Part shown: positions 1-9,605 of the stretch, one piece after another
Layout of the letters: each line of letters starts with the position of its first letter
Numbering within the stretch: the first letter of the stretch is position 1
Source of the DNA: a virus
Taxonomy: Duplodnaviria; Caudoviricetes
Length of the DNA stretch: 38,306 bases
Strand: one strand, 5' to 3'
IMG/VR virus record: IMGVR_UViG_3300033406_000020
Coordinates: 1-38,306 of that record
Position numbers and translations under genes: made by a program
Notes under the pieces: model-generated
Databases searched by the model: none
What the model was told of the DNA's origin: nothing
What the model saw: the letters and a program-made list of their open reading frames with translations, nothing else

Positions 1-113
1 TCCAGAATACTCAAGGCCACACCATACTCATCCACCAGGGGAAGCAGAGCTTTCTCCATATCGTGGCAGAGGTGGCAGTAGCCCCGACCAATCAGTGTCA
101 GTTCAATTCCCAT
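1..113 (-). CDS. Host glutaredoxin-like protein (DUF836-type), 5' part; runs off the window
   Basis: Manual translation from ATG 113: MGIELTLIGRGYCHLCHDMEKALLPLVDEYGVALSIL, with a CxxC (CHLC) motif. The start codon lies inside the att core. Confidence 0.8.
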   Translation of the reverse strand, partial: MGIELTLIGRGYCHLCHDMEKALLPLVDEYGVALSIL

Positions 114-126
114 TTAAACCCTTGAT
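110..126 (+). repeat. att core, left junction
   Basis: CCATTTAAACCCTTGAT, identical to 38181-38197. Confidence 0.93.
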
Positions 127-178
127 GATTTTATGCAGATCGTTGCTGCACAACGGAAAGCAAACCATGATAATACTT

Positions 179-199
179 CATTCCCTTTTTATTCCCCGT
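179..199. promoter_or_regulatory. Putative integrase arm-type sites (left)
   Basis: CATTCCCTTTTT and TATTCCCCGT recur near the right junction at 37982-37993, 38021-38030 and 38032-38042. Confidence 0.55.
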
Positions 200-309
200 T
201 CTTTTACATAAGCTGCCTTGATCAAGTCAGCGCCAGCACGAAGAATCGCCGCCAATTTACATTCTTGCAGATGATCCAACAAGCCGGCATCTGCTCTATT
301 TCAGAATTG

Positions 310-453
310 CTACCTCGGCAACCACGGAAACCACAGCCGCGCCCAGTTCATCCAGCAGCGCTGCCCTGCCCGGCTTGCCGAGATCCAGGCCGAAACGATA
401 GGCGGATGGGTCGCCTTCCATTGTGCAAGATCGATTACTTCTGCGTCTTTCAT
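310..453 (-). CDS. Small Trp-rich hypothetical protein (47 aa), not in the ORF track
   Basis: MKDAEVIDLAQWKATHPPIVSAWISASRAGQRCWMNWARLWFPWLPR. It has an AAGGAG RBS and an ATGA overlap with the Rz stop. Confidence 0.55.
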   Translation of the reverse strand: MKDAEVIDLAQWKATHPPIVSAWISASRAGQRCWMNWARLWFPWLPR

Positions 454-935
454 GATTCATCTCCTTCTGGCCAGGCATCATTCAAGGTTGTTGCGCTTGA
501 GCCGAATCGGTCAGCTGCTTCTGCCACTTCTCGATATTGATCCGTGCATTCGCTGAATACGACGAGTGCCGCTTCGGCAGTTCGACGGCAGGCTTCTGCG
601 GTAACTGTAGCGAGCTGGCCACGAAGACCGGCGATGGTGTTGCGCAGGCCGCGAGCAGATTTGTCAGCAGCAGCATGGACAGCACGTAACTGGCTCTCTC
701 TTTCAAGTGCGTCATTTTGGGCATCCTGTAGTTTCTTCTGCATGGAACGTTCTTTGACCAGGGCGGCAAGGTCGTCCTTCGTTTTCTGGTCCTTGTACTC
801 ACCGACCGCCTGGTCATAGCCGATCTTTTGCTGACGGGTGTTATGCCGGTCAACGGCGACCCATAGCGCCACCACCGCCGCGGCGATCGCTGCCAGCTTG
901 ATCAGCGACGCATAAGGCTTCAGGTCGGGAATCAC
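450..935 (-). CDS. Rz: Rz-like inner-membrane spanin
   Basis: GTG 935 overlaps the endolysin stop. N-terminal TM segment (LAAIAAAVVALWVAV) is followed by coiled coil. Directly downstream of the endolysin. Confidence 0.8.
   Translation of the reverse strand: MIPDLKPYASLIKLAAIAAAVVALWVAVDRHNTRQQKIGYDQAVGEYKDQKTKDDLAALVKERSMQKKLQDAQNDALERESQLRAVHAAADKSARGLRNTIAGLRGQLATVTAEACRRTAEAALVVFSECTDQYREVAEAADRFGSSATTLNDAWPEGDES
482..724 (-). CDS. Rz1: Rz1-like outer-membrane lipoprotein spanin embedded in Rz
   Basis: Alternate frame within Rz: MPKMTHLKERASYVLSMLLLTNLLAA-C lipobox, then a Pro-rich segment. Start is 724 or 715. Confidence 0.75.
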   Translation of the reverse strand: MPKMTHLKERASYVLSMLLLTNLLAACATPSPVFVASSLQLPQKPAVELPKRHSSYSANARINIEKWQKQLTDSAQAQQP

Positions 936-1480
936 ACGATCACCTGCTTGGCGCGCTCGAAATAGCGGAGCCGCTCGGCATAGTGGTTCAGGCCGCCATT
1001 GATCCGCTTCGTGATCGCCTGGAAGCTGTTCGGGGTATCGGCCAGCGTGTTCAGGCCATTGCTCCACCAGAACCACGCAGCTGAGCGGGCGGCCAGCGCA
1101 CGTTCCTCCAGGCGCTCCGGGTGATCGAGCAGGACCTGCGGATCGGAGAACAGCGCCATCGAGCACTTGCGATAGTTGTCCATACCCGTCACCTGGATTA
1201 GCCCCCTGCCCTTGTACTTCTGGCCGTCACCATCGGCCTCGGGCGTATTGCCCAGGCGGGCGGCAAGGCGCCCGGTATCGTAGTCGGCACCGCTGGCCAG
1301 CTCGCGCACGTAGCGCAACTCGCCGGACTCTTGCGCCACCTGGGCAAGAAACGCAGCAATTCGGCGCGGCGTATCGATGCTGTACTCAGCCATCGCCTGA
1401 TTCAACGGCGTCACCCAGGGCGCGGCGTGCGGCCGGGCCAGCGGCATGATCTTCAGCAACTGCTCAAGGCTAACCAACAT
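932..1480 (-). CDS. Endolysin, glycoside hydrolase family 19
   Basis: AAFLAQVAQESG, YKGRGLIQVTG and ITKRINGGLN motifs. GGAG RBS before ATG 1480. Confidence 0.92.
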   Translation of the reverse strand: MLVSLEQLLKIMPLARPHAAPWVTPLNQAMAEYSIDTPRRIAAFLAQVAQESGELRYVRELASGADYDTGRLAARLGNTPEADGDGQKYKGRGLIQVTGMDNYRKCSMALFSDPQVLLDHPERLEERALAARSAAWFWWSNGLNTLADTPNSFQAITKRINGGLNHYAERLRYFERAKQVIV

Positions 1481-1808
1481 GGCAACTCCCTTCATCGGTT
1501 GCCCGCCGATTCTTCGGTAAGCAACCCGGTTTCAAGAAACGATCCGGCACCCCATGTTCCCAGTGGTGGGCCGTGACCAACTGGACAAGGGTGATCGCGG
1601 CGAGCAAGGCCAGCCCGAACAGATCGGTGACCAGGCCCCATACCAGCGGCGCGGCCATGCCGGCGCAGGCCACCAGGCCGAGGCAGACGAAGGCCAGACG
1701 GATATCCGTCCGCACCCGCTCGCACGAACGCACCGCCCGGCAGAAGACCGAATAGAACAACATGGCGCACAGCACCTCTTGCGAAATGATCAGGGCGGCA
1801 TAGCTCAT
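1470..1808 (-). CDS. Membrane protein of the lysis cassette (holin/antiholin candidate)
   Basis: 112 aa with about 3 hydrophobic segments, directly upstream of the endolysin. Confidence 0.6.
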   Translation of the reverse strand: MSYAALIISQEVLCAMLFYSVFCRAVRSCERVRTDIRLAFVCLGLVACAGMAAPLVWGLVTDLFGLALLAAITLVQLVTAHHWEHGVPDRFLKPGCLPKNRRATDEGSCHVG

Positions 1809-2179
1809 TTCTGGTCACCTCCCACCTTGCCCAGCAAGGCGCGGGCGGTATCGCCTATGGCGGCGAAGACGGGGCGCCAGCCGTTGCCCAGCGCCCCGAT
1901 AAACATGGCGACCGGGGCCAGCGACTCATTCACCGGGATCGCCCACAGGCGATCGAGCAGGCGGGCCAAAAACGCAGTGAGCACCACCGCCGTCAGGGTG
2001 CAGCGAAGCAGCAGCCAGGCCCCGGAAAGTCGTGTCTCGGTCGCACTGGCCGACAGCGGCCACATGGCGCCGGCCAGTGCGGCAAATACGATCAGCGCAT
2101 ACGGGCCAACCATCGGCCCCAAGATGGCGACGGAAATCACCGTCAAGGTAATTCCCGCCGAGGTCGAAGGCTCAACCAT
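1805..2179 (-). CDS. Putative holin
   Basis: 124 aa with 3-4 TM segments, first gene of the lysis cassette, GAGGT RBS. Confidence 0.65.
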   Translation of the reverse strand: MVEPSTSAGITLTVISVAILGPMVGPYALIVFAALAGAMWPLSASATETRLSGAWLLLRCTLTAVVLTAFLARLLDRLWAIPVNESLAPVAMFIGALGNGWRPVFAAIGDTARALLGKVGGDQK

Positions 2180-2266
2180 GACTCACCTCCCCGCGGAGCA
2201 CTGCTAAGTCGGTTTGATTATTGGTTTTGTCGGGCACGCGGGTTCTCCTTGGAAAAGTAAATGGGG

Positions 2267-3808
2267 CTACACCCACCCTATCGGGTTGGTTGAGGACAGC
2301 AGTTGATTGGTGCGCGGGTTCCATGAGGCATAGGCGCCCTGGGCAATCGGCGTGTCATCGACGACGCCGGGCCCGACCCGAGCTATCGATGTCGTTCCGG
2401 TGTAAAGCTCGATCACGTTGTTGGTCACCCAGCGCCACGATATCGGGCCGGCGAACGGCGCCGACCAGGACTTGAGAACGGTCGTACCCTTGGCGATTTC
2501 GATATGGCAGATATAAGTCGGCGTCGTGACGACATCGACGTCACCGTTAAGCGGCACTGTGCTATTCGCGCCTGTCCCGTGCTGGCTATATAAGACCGGC
2601 TCCGGCACCGTGCCGACCACATACGGCTCGTAGCGATGAAAGGCACTATCGAAAGAAAAGCTAGGAATGTGATCAGCCGGATCTTCTGTGGCCAGCATCG
2701 GCACGCCTACCCCATAGGTGCCGGTAATTGGCGCCAGCGGCACGCCGTGATAGTTGCTTACGATCTGCTGACTGTTATCGCTGTACATCCGCAGATGCGT
2801 CAGCTCGATCGTGCCGTCCTTATCGTAAGCCGCGTTGAGAATGATCGACGTGTCGTACTGGTACGTGACATTTGATGCTCCGTATACCATCAGCGGCAGG
2901 TAATACTGAACCAGTTTCCATGTCGGATCGCTGGCGACCGGCGTTTCTGTCCAATAGACACTACCGGTCTGCGTCCATTTCGACTCTGCCCATAGCACAA
3001 TCTCCGCCAACGGCCGGTCCGGCCAGACCTCGACCGGCGCAGACATCGTCGTTCCGTCACTATTGAACGTGATCTCCCATACCGCGAAAATCCAGCTCTG
3101 GCTGGCGTCATAGACGGTAAAGCCAGACCCCAAGCCGGCCTCCGGCGGAACCAGGTAGCCATTCAGGCGGAGCGCTTCCATCCGGATCAGAATCTTTCGC
3201 CCATCGGGCGAAGGCTCAATCGATGCCTGCCGAAAACTTGGGTCGAAAAAATATGATGTCGGCCGATGCAGCGGGCTGTAAGCGTAGTTCAGCAACAGGT
3301 TCCGGCTGCCGACGAAGGTCGTGCCGGGTATCGCTGGCGCCGTATCGCCCTGGACATGATTGATCGTACCGAACAGCGGTCCGCGATCGACATTGATCTG
3401 CAGGCAATTGCTGCCGGCCGCGGCGTTCGATGCCAGCGGAACGACGGTGATGCCCGCCGACATCTTGCGCCAGCGCTTCGCCGTACCGTCGTACAGCAGC
3501 CACTGGAAGGCGTTGGGCAGCACCGACTGCGGCGATAGCGGAGAGTAGCGGAACTTTGACGAATAAAGGATGAAATCATTCTTGAACTCGCCATGCACCG
3601 CCGTCACATCGGCCGGCGTCACCGGGGAAGGCAGTCCCGGCGCCTTGCAGTAACGGGTGAAACCCATGTTGCCGTCGACCGTCTGCACCGACTTTGTCAC
3701 GCCGTCCAGCGTGATCGAATTCACTGGCGATCCGGGGACCAACTCAATCGTGCCGGCGCCCAGCTTGCCATGCCAGAGGTTGCCGAAAGTCACCTCGGCC
3801 GTTGTCAC
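2267..3808 (-). CDS. Putative tail fibre/receptor-binding protein
   Basis: 513 aa, last gene of the tail module, beta-rich aromatic composition. The call is positional. Confidence 0.55.
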   Translation of the reverse strand: MTTAEVTFGNLWHGKLGAGTIELVPGSPVNSITLDGVTKSVQTVDGNMGFTRYCKAPGLPSPVTPADVTAVHGEFKNDFILYSSKFRYSPLSPQSVLPNAFQWLLYDGTAKRWRKMSAGITVVPLASNAAAGSNCLQINVDRGPLFGTINHVQGDTAPAIPGTTFVGSRNLLLNYAYSPLHRPTSYFFDPSFRQASIEPSPDGRKILIRMEALRLNGYLVPPEAGLGSGFTVYDASQSWIFAVWEITFNSDGTTMSAPVEVWPDRPLAEIVLWAESKWTQTGSVYWTETPVASDPTWKLVQYYLPLMVYGASNVTYQYDTSIILNAAYDKDGTIELTHLRMYSDNSQQIVSNYHGVPLAPITGTYGVGVPMLATEDPADHIPSFSFDSAFHRYEPYVVGTVPEPVLYSQHGTGANSTVPLNGDVDVVTTPTYICHIEIAKGTTVLKSWSAPFAGPISWRWVTNNVIELYTGTTSIARVGPGVVDDTPIAQGAYASWNPRTNQLLSSTNPIGWV

Positions 3809-4098
3809 GGCGTCACCTTCTTGATCACCGGGAGGGTGTATTCAACGCCCGAAATCGTTGCCTTCAGCGTATCCGGGAAGACCAGGGCGAACAATCCGTC
3901 AGCCGAGCTGAATGTCTCGGTACCGCTGGCCGCCAGATCGCTGCCGCCGCTCTTCGCCGCTGCGGCGCCAGCCAGCAGCGCCGACGATTCAACCGCCGGC
4001 GCCGAGCCGCGCGGCTTCGGTACCACGTTCGTCGCACTGTCGCCCTGCTCCATCATTGCCCGCAGGGCGTCGGTCAGATCCTTCGAGACGTTAGCCAT
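3805..4098 (-). CDS. Tail-module hypothetical protein
   Basis: 97 aa, overlaps both neighbours as in a coupled operon. Confidence 0.6.
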   Translation of the reverse strand: MANVSKDLTDALRAMMEQGDSATNVVPKPRGSAPAVESSALLAGAAAAKSGGSDLAASGTETFSSADGLFALVFPDTLKATISGVEYTLPVIKKVTP

Positions 4099-4483
4099 TG
4101 TCGTACTCCGTCGGATCGTTCAGGGCTAGCGCCAGACCGGCATTGACGCCTGGCGCATGTGTCGAATCCAGCACACGGATATAAATGGCACGGGCATTGG
4201 CAACACCGCCCAGAACCCCCGCACCGAGACGGAGCGGCGTTCCGCCCGCAGCGCCATCCAGACCGGCTGCCGATAGCGCCAACTTGACATCGCCGGCCGC
4301 ACTGCCCGTCGCCGAGACGTAGACGCCGCCATCCTTCTGGCACGAGCGCCCGGCCAGCGGGCTACCGAAATAGACCACCCGATCCTGCGCCACCGGGCTG
4401 GTCCGGTCCTGGGTGAAAAATAGCGCAGAGCGAACCGGCGTCTTCAGGCTCGCATCGCTAAAAAATCCGAACGTGGTGGGCAT
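4091..4483 (-). CDS. Tail-module hypothetical protein
   Basis: 130 aa in the tail tip operon. Confidence 0.65.
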   Translation of the reverse strand: MPTTFGFFSDASLKTPVRSALFFTQDRTSPVAQDRVVYFGSPLAGRSCQKDGGVYVSATGSAAGDVKLALSAAGLDGAAGGTPLRLGAGVLGGVANARAIYIRVLDSTHAPGVNAGLALALNDPTEYDNG

Positions 4484-4484
4484 G

Positions 4485-6329
4485 TCAGAAGTCGATGGTC
4501 AGGCCGGCGCCGGCAATCGTGTAGCTGCCGGTGACGGTGGTTTCGATGGTCAGTGGATCGCGATGCGTCGCCGTCAATTCCGGCATGATGATGCGAAATT
4601 TGGTATTAAAAACCGGCTTCGACGGGTCATAGTTGTTCGAGGTCGGCAGCACGTTGCATAGGAATCCAACCTGCGCATCGGCATCCGGAAAGGCCGGCGT
4701 CTCGAAAGCGGCGCCGATCTTGTTACCGAGTACGATAGGCGCGGACGGATGCGCCACGGTCGGCGTCGGTGCAGTCAGCGCCACCGTCGCCCCGGTCATC
4801 GTCGAATTGCCCTGCGGCACGGCCAGCGTGAATTCGCTGGAGGCATCACCGGAGTCGAGATCAAGGTCATGCCCGAGTTCATCCACCTGGCCAATGCCCG
4901 ACACCCCGTAGGCATCAACGCCCAGCACAGCGCCAAGTTCGAAGCGCGGGTCGATCGGCCGCCCGAAGCGGAGGCGCTGCTTGCGCTTGCCGGCCGTCGC
5001 CTGGCGCAGGCCCTTGGCGACGACATGGCGCAGCGCTTCAAGGCGTTGTGCCGAAGTATGGCTGCCCAGATGATCGACCGAAGCATTGGCCGGCGGGTAC
5101 GGGGCCGGCAAGGCCTCATAGCCGGTTGGCGTGACGACTGGAATCGGCTCATTGGCGGAATAGATGCCGCTTGATGAAGCTGACGATAACGGCGACTCCC
5201 AGGCGCCGGCATCGAAGTCGCTGGTCAGCGTGGCGCTGACCGCATCGACGCGGTCGGAAAGGCCGCCCATCTCGAATGCGATCGAGTACCGAATCTCAAC
5301 CTCCTGATACCAGCGCCGGTAGAGCTGCGCACTGAAGGCATCGACGGTGAGCTGAGCCTCCGGGTAATCGACCAGGTAATACAGCGTTTGCGGGCCGACG
5401 ATGATTGGATAACTGCCCGGTATCGGCTGCACCATCACCGGGGAGCCCTTGATATGCCAGGGCGCTAGGCCATTGAGCGCCTCCAGTGCCGTAGCCTTCG
5501 GCAGGGTCGGCAGGCCATCGACGACATAGCGGCTGCGGTCCACGCGCGACCAACTGACATCGATCTGCCAGCAGTGCAGTCGGTGTATGCGGTGTGCCAG
5601 CGTCGCCGTGATCTGCTTCGGCAGGTCGGCCCGGTTGGCATGGATGACGGTCAGCGAGCCGTCGTAAATGTCATCCTGGCCGAAACTGGCGGCCGGCGTG
5701 GCCGGGATCGTCCAGGGAATGACCCGCCACAGGCCGGAGGCATCGATCGCCACCGCGCCCGGCAGTGTGTCGAGCAGGCCTTTGAAATAGGAGACCGGGT
5801 CAGGTTCCGTCGCATTCCATTCGAGCAGCAACGGCGATGGCACCGCCAGCCCGCCGAACAGCGCCTCGACCTCGGCTGCCGTCGTGCAGGCTTTCGGTCG
5901 CTCCTGGTGGCCGTCCCGGCACTCCAGGCTGGCTACCCGGCTATCCGGTGCAAACTCGCTACCTTCGACCAGGCCGGTGAATAGCCGGAAGGCCGCCGCC
6001 GTGCCGCTCCGGTAGAGCAAAACGTCGATGGTCACCGGCGCGTTGTCGTAAGCGGCCAGCGCTGCCGCATTCGGCGGGATCAGCGCCAGGCTGGCAATGC
6101 GCGCCGAATCCTCGACCGCGCTGATCGAGATCCGGCCGGTCAGCCGTCCGCTCACATCGGTCCCGCCGATATTGACCACCGGTGACCAGCGCAGGAATTT
6201 CGACTCGAAGACCTGCAGGTCGACGACCGAAACGGCCAGCGGGCAGACGACGGTGACGACCCCGACCTCGATAGCTACATCAGCATCGGTGTCGAAAGAA
6301 GCATCGAACGAACTATCGAAGGCGGACAT
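4485..6329 (-). CDS. Tail tip/hub protein
   Basis: 614 aa downstream of the tape measure gene, with hub-like segments (FRLFTGLVEG; DPRFELGAVLGV). Confidence 0.6.
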   Translation of the reverse strand: MSAFDSSFDASFDTDADVAIEVGVVTVVCPLAVSVVDLQVFESKFLRWSPVVNIGGTDVSGRLTGRISISAVEDSARIASLALIPPNAAALAAYDNAPVTIDVLLYRSGTAAAFRLFTGLVEGSEFAPDSRVASLECRDGHQERPKACTTAAEVEALFGGLAVPSPLLLEWNATEPDPVSYFKGLLDTLPGAVAIDASGLWRVIPWTIPATPAASFGQDDIYDGSLTVIHANRADLPKQITATLAHRIHRLHCWQIDVSWSRVDRSRYVVDGLPTLPKATALEALNGLAPWHIKGSPVMVQPIPGSYPIIVGPQTLYYLVDYPEAQLTVDAFSAQLYRRWYQEVEIRYSIAFEMGGLSDRVDAVSATLTSDFDAGAWESPLSSASSSGIYSANEPIPVVTPTGYEALPAPYPPANASVDHLGSHTSAQRLEALRHVVAKGLRQATAGKRKQRLRFGRPIDPRFELGAVLGVDAYGVSGIGQVDELGHDLDLDSGDASSEFTLAVPQGNSTMTGATVALTAPTPTVAHPSAPIVLGNKIGAAFETPAFPDADAQVGFLCNVLPTSNNYDPSKPVFNTKFRIIMPELTATHRDPLTIETTVTGSYTIAGAGLTIDF

Positions 6330-6779
6330 TTAAGGCTGGATAACCTTCAGGTGAACCTGCGCCATCACCCCGAAATCCACCGCCAGGATGGCATCCTCGC
6401 CGAGCCCGGCGTTGTGCGAATACAAGGCCATGATCCCGGTGACAGGATCGTAGGAGTCGATGATGAAACAGTAGTCAGGCAGCGTCTTGCGCGACCAGTT
6501 GCAGATCACTAGCGGCTCGACGGCGGCGCCCGCCGGAATCGGCAGGCCGGCGACATCGATCTGTATCTGCAGGAAGCCGCCCGTGTTGTCGTAAGTTGCA
6601 TCTAGCACGCCGCCATGCCCCTGGCTGACGACATTGATTTCGCCCTCGTAAAGCACCTCGCCGAGGCCGTAGAGGAAAACAGAACCAACCGGATAGACGT
6701 GCGGATCGTCCCAATCCTCTCCGCCAAGTTTGTCCGGATCGAGGTTCGCGTTACCCGATACGCGCTTATGTTTCATCAT
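6330..6779 (-). CDS. Tail-module hypothetical protein
   Basis: ATG 6779 overlaps the upstream stop (TGATG); 149 aa. Confidence 0.6.
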   Translation of the reverse strand: MMKHKRVSGNANLDPDKLGGEDWDDPHVYPVGSVFLYGLGEVLYEGEINVVSQGHGGVLDATYDNTGGFLQIQIDVAGLPIPAGAAVEPLVICNWSRKTLPDYCFIIDSYDPVTGIMALYSHNAGLGEDAILAVDFGVMAQVHLKVIQP

Positions 6780-7219
6780 CAGACCTGCTCCATGACTAAG
6801 TTCCACGATGGCGCGGCGCTGTTGCCATTCGACTGGCTGGGCGGCTCGGCCACGACAGTGAGTTTTGGATAGACGTAGCGCACCGAACGCTCCTCCTGGT
6901 CGGTGACCGTGTGCTCGTCATACGGCGCGACACGCGACGACCAGCCGGCCGGCAGCGATTCGCCGACATTGAGGGCAACCGGTGCCGGCAGCTCAATCTC
7001 GAACGGCTCGTCGTAATTGATGCCGAGCAGCGCTGGCGGAATCCAGCCGCCGGCCGAAATGCTGACCCGGTACTTGCGCCAGTGCGTCAGCTTGAACGCG
7101 CTGCCGCCGCCCATGCGTCGCGTGGTCGAGCCGCTGATTGGCTCGATCGACTGCTCGTAATCCAGCCAGCCGACAATCGACAGATCAATGCCGCCGATCT
7201 TGAGTGATGGGTTCGCCAT
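6779..7219 (-). CDS. Distal-tail-like protein
   Basis: 146 aa immediately after the tape measure gene. The call is positional. Confidence 0.55.
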   Translation of the reverse strand: MANPSLKIGGIDLSIVGWLDYEQSIEPISGSTTRRMGGGSAFKLTHWRKYRVSISAGGWIPPALLGINYDEPFEIELPAPVALNVGESLPAGWSSRVAPYDEHTVTDQEERSVRYVYPKLTVVAEPPSQSNGNSAAPSWNLVMEQV

Positions 7220-9436
7220 TTACCGCCTCCCGCTCTGCATGGCCGCGCGCTTGAAAACCTTGACCAACTCACCCGCCGTGTCACTGGACGCGCTCGCCTG
7301 GTAGCGGCCGAGCTTGCCGAAGTCGAGAACCAGCGGTGTGCCCGACTGGGAAGCCATGGCCGGCGATGGCATGTTCAGCGAGGGGATCGACATCCGCCCG
7401 ACCAGGCCGCCGTCGGCGTAGCCCTTCAGGGCATTCATGCCGAACTTGTGAAAGCGCCAGAGAAAATCCAGCGCCCCGGGTTCGTTGACGCGGTCCTTAG
7501 TGACGACGAACTCGTCGGCGTGGACAATGCCTGCGGCCTTGAACTTCCCGCCCGGGCCAGTCCATCCACCGCCGTCATAGCCGGGAATGGCATCAATAAG
7601 CTCCTGGCGCGTCATCTTGCTTGTGTCGGCGGGGGCAGTGCTGGCGCCGTTGTTGACCGTATTGACGGTCAGCGTGACGGTCTTGTCTTTCGGCAGAGCA
7701 TCAAGCGCCTTCTGAAACTCAGCAACCTTGCCAATGGCATCATCGATCTTGACCTTGATTTCAAGCGCCGCGGCCTTGGTCTGCAGGTCCGTTAGTTTGG
7801 TCTCGACATCCTTCAGCGCTACCAGTTGCTGATCGGCTTGCGCCTTGAGCTTTTCAGATTCGGCCTGCTTTCCCTTCGCCTGCTGTTCGAGCAGCCCCGC
7901 CTGATCCTTGCCAACCTGCTCCACCAGGTCGGCATTGCCGGCCGCTTCGGCGAACTTGGCGGCGCGCTCCAGGAACTGTTCGGCCTGCTTCTGGTACTTC
8001 TCGACATCCTTGGCGCGACCATCCAGGGCGGCGGCAGCAGCAGCAGCAGCGTAATAGGCGCCCTGCCCTTGCGCATCCTGGGCGCGGGACAGGTTGGCCG
8101 CCTGGCGCTCTTCCTCGCTGAGGCCGGCTTCCCGCATCTGCGTCGCTTTGTCGGCCGCCGAGGTACGCACACCGGATGCCTTGGCGAGCAGCTTGGTCGC
8201 ATCGTCAGCGGCAGTCTGGGCTTCCTTGCGGCTGGTATCCCAGGCCGAACGCAAGGCATCGCGCAGCTTCTCGGCTTCCTTGATCTGCTCGGCAGTGCGG
8301 GTCTTGTCATCCTTCAGGATATCGGCCGAGGCCTTGCCGGCGGCGATGGCGCGGAGCTGCTCAAGATTCGCCAGTTCGCGGGCCAGATTCAAGGCAATGC
8401 TTTTGCGCTTGGTGGCGGTTTCTTCGTCATTGGCGACCTTTTCGCCGTTGATCTTCTGATGGTAGGCCAGCTCCTGCTGCAAGGCTTTCAGGCGCTCATC
8501 ATCGCCTTTCTGGCCACGGCCGATACTGATCTTGTCTTCGAGCTTGGCGACTTCATCCGCCAGTTCCTTGGCTTGCTTGACCTTATCCTTGAATGGGTTG
8601 GTCAGGCCGAACTTGACCAGGGCATCGAAAAATCCATTCGAGTTTTCCATGCCGGCGCTGAATTCGTTCAGAAACGTGTTCAGTACCGGGATAAGCTCAT
8701 TGCCGAGCGCGACGGCGGCGCCTTTGGCTCGGGCAGCAAGGCGGTCCATGTTGTCGTTGAACTCGGCAGCGGCAGCGGCTTGCTTGCTGGACATCACCAA
8801 CCCAAGGCGCTCGGCTTCATCACCCAGCGCCTTGATACCAGCTCGCCCTTCATTCAGCAAAGGAATCAGCTCAGACCCAAGCCTGCTCCCGAAAAACTCA
8901 GCCGCAAGCGCGGCTTTCTCGGTACCGTCCGGCATTTCGGCAAATACATCGGCCAGGTCACCGAGCACATCGGCCGTGCCGCGTACCTTGCCATCTACAT
9001 CACGGACCGCAATGCCATACTTGTCGAACAGCTCACTGCTATCCTTCGCGCCATTAGCAGCCCCGACGATCTGCCCGGCCAGATATTTCATCCCCTTGCC
9101 GAGCGCCTCGTTGCTGACATCAGACATCTTCGCGGCGTACTGCAGGCGGGAAAGATCCTCAACGGATTCACCCGTCCGCTTCGACAGGTTGTCTAGGGCG
9201 TCACCGTAATCAGCAGTGGATTTGACTGCCGCCATCAGCGCTCCGGCGGCGGCCGTGGCCGAAAGCCCGATGCCAGCAATGCCTGATGCCGAAAAGCTTT
9301 TGGCCGACAAGGTTTCAAGCGCCGTGAGCTGGCCCTGCAGCTTGGCAAGCGAGCCTTGCGCGAGTGCAGACGCGCGCACTAGCGACGATGCGTCACCATT
9401 CAGCTTTACATTGGCTTCATTGCCGCTATTTGCCAC
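7220..9436 (-). CDS. Tail tape measure protein
   Basis: 738 aa, Ala/Lys-rich and helical, with C-terminal GYDGGGWTGPGGKFKAAGIVHADEFV as in lambda gpH-like proteins. Confidence 0.92.
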   Translation of the reverse strand: MANSGNEANVKLNGDASSLVRASALAQGSLAKLQGQLTALETLSAKSFSASGIAGIGLSATAAAGALMAAVKSTADYGDALDNLSKRTGESVEDLSRLQYAAKMSDVSNEALGKGMKYLAGQIVGAANGAKDSSELFDKYGIAVRDVDGKVRGTADVLGDLADVFAEMPDGTEKAALAAEFFGSRLGSELIPLLNEGRAGIKALGDEAERLGLVMSSKQAAAAAEFNDNMDRLAARAKGAAVALGNELIPVLNTFLNEFSAGMENSNGFFDALVKFGLTNPFKDKVKQAKELADEVAKLEDKISIGRGQKGDDERLKALQQELAYHQKINGEKVANDEETATKRKSIALNLARELANLEQLRAIAAGKASADILKDDKTRTAEQIKEAEKLRDALRSAWDTSRKEAQTAADDATKLLAKASGVRTSAADKATQMREAGLSEEERQAANLSRAQDAQGQGAYYAAAAAAAALDGRAKDVEKYQKQAEQFLERAAKFAEAAGNADLVEQVGKDQAGLLEQQAKGKQAESEKLKAQADQQLVALKDVETKLTDLQTKAAALEIKVKIDDAIGKVAEFQKALDALPKDKTVTLTVNTVNNGASTAPADTSKMTRQELIDAIPGYDGGGWTGPGGKFKAAGIVHADEFVVTKDRVNEPGALDFLWRFHKFGMNALKGYADGGLVGRMSIPSLNMPSPAMASQSGTPLVLDFGKLGRYQASASSDTAGELVKVFKRAAMQSGRR

Positions 9437-9605
9437 GCTGATTCACTGCCTCCACTGTTGCCAAAAACAGGCCATACGGCCAACTCAAAACGCCCGTGTG
9501 CCCAAGGGCGAGCAAACCTGCTATGACGGCATCAAGATTTGCTGTTCGGCTGCCACCTGAAGGGTCTGGGAGGTGCCGAGCAGCACCCCCCGAACCCTGA
9601 AAAAA
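9426..9605 (-). CDS. Tail assembly chaperone T segment (-1 frameshift extension, gpGT-like)
   Basis: Slippery T TTT TTC at 9605-9599. The -1 frame stays open to TAG 9426 (...NLDAVIAGLLALGHTGVLSWPYGLFLATVEAVNQRGK). Confidence 0.6.
   Translation of the reverse strand, partial: FFQGSGGAARHLPDPSGGSRTANLDAVIAGLLALGHTGVLSWPYGLFLATVEAVNQRGK

Noticed and set aside
936-1166. Upstream extension of the Rz ORF given in the track
   Set aside because: It overlaps the endolysin out of frame. The TM anchor and GTGA coupling point to a start at 935.
2267-3808. Tail fibre as a remote DGR target
   Set aside because: No TR-like sequence or RARAVRR ending was seen by eye. The short CGTGCCGTCC match near 2810 is antisense and of chance length.
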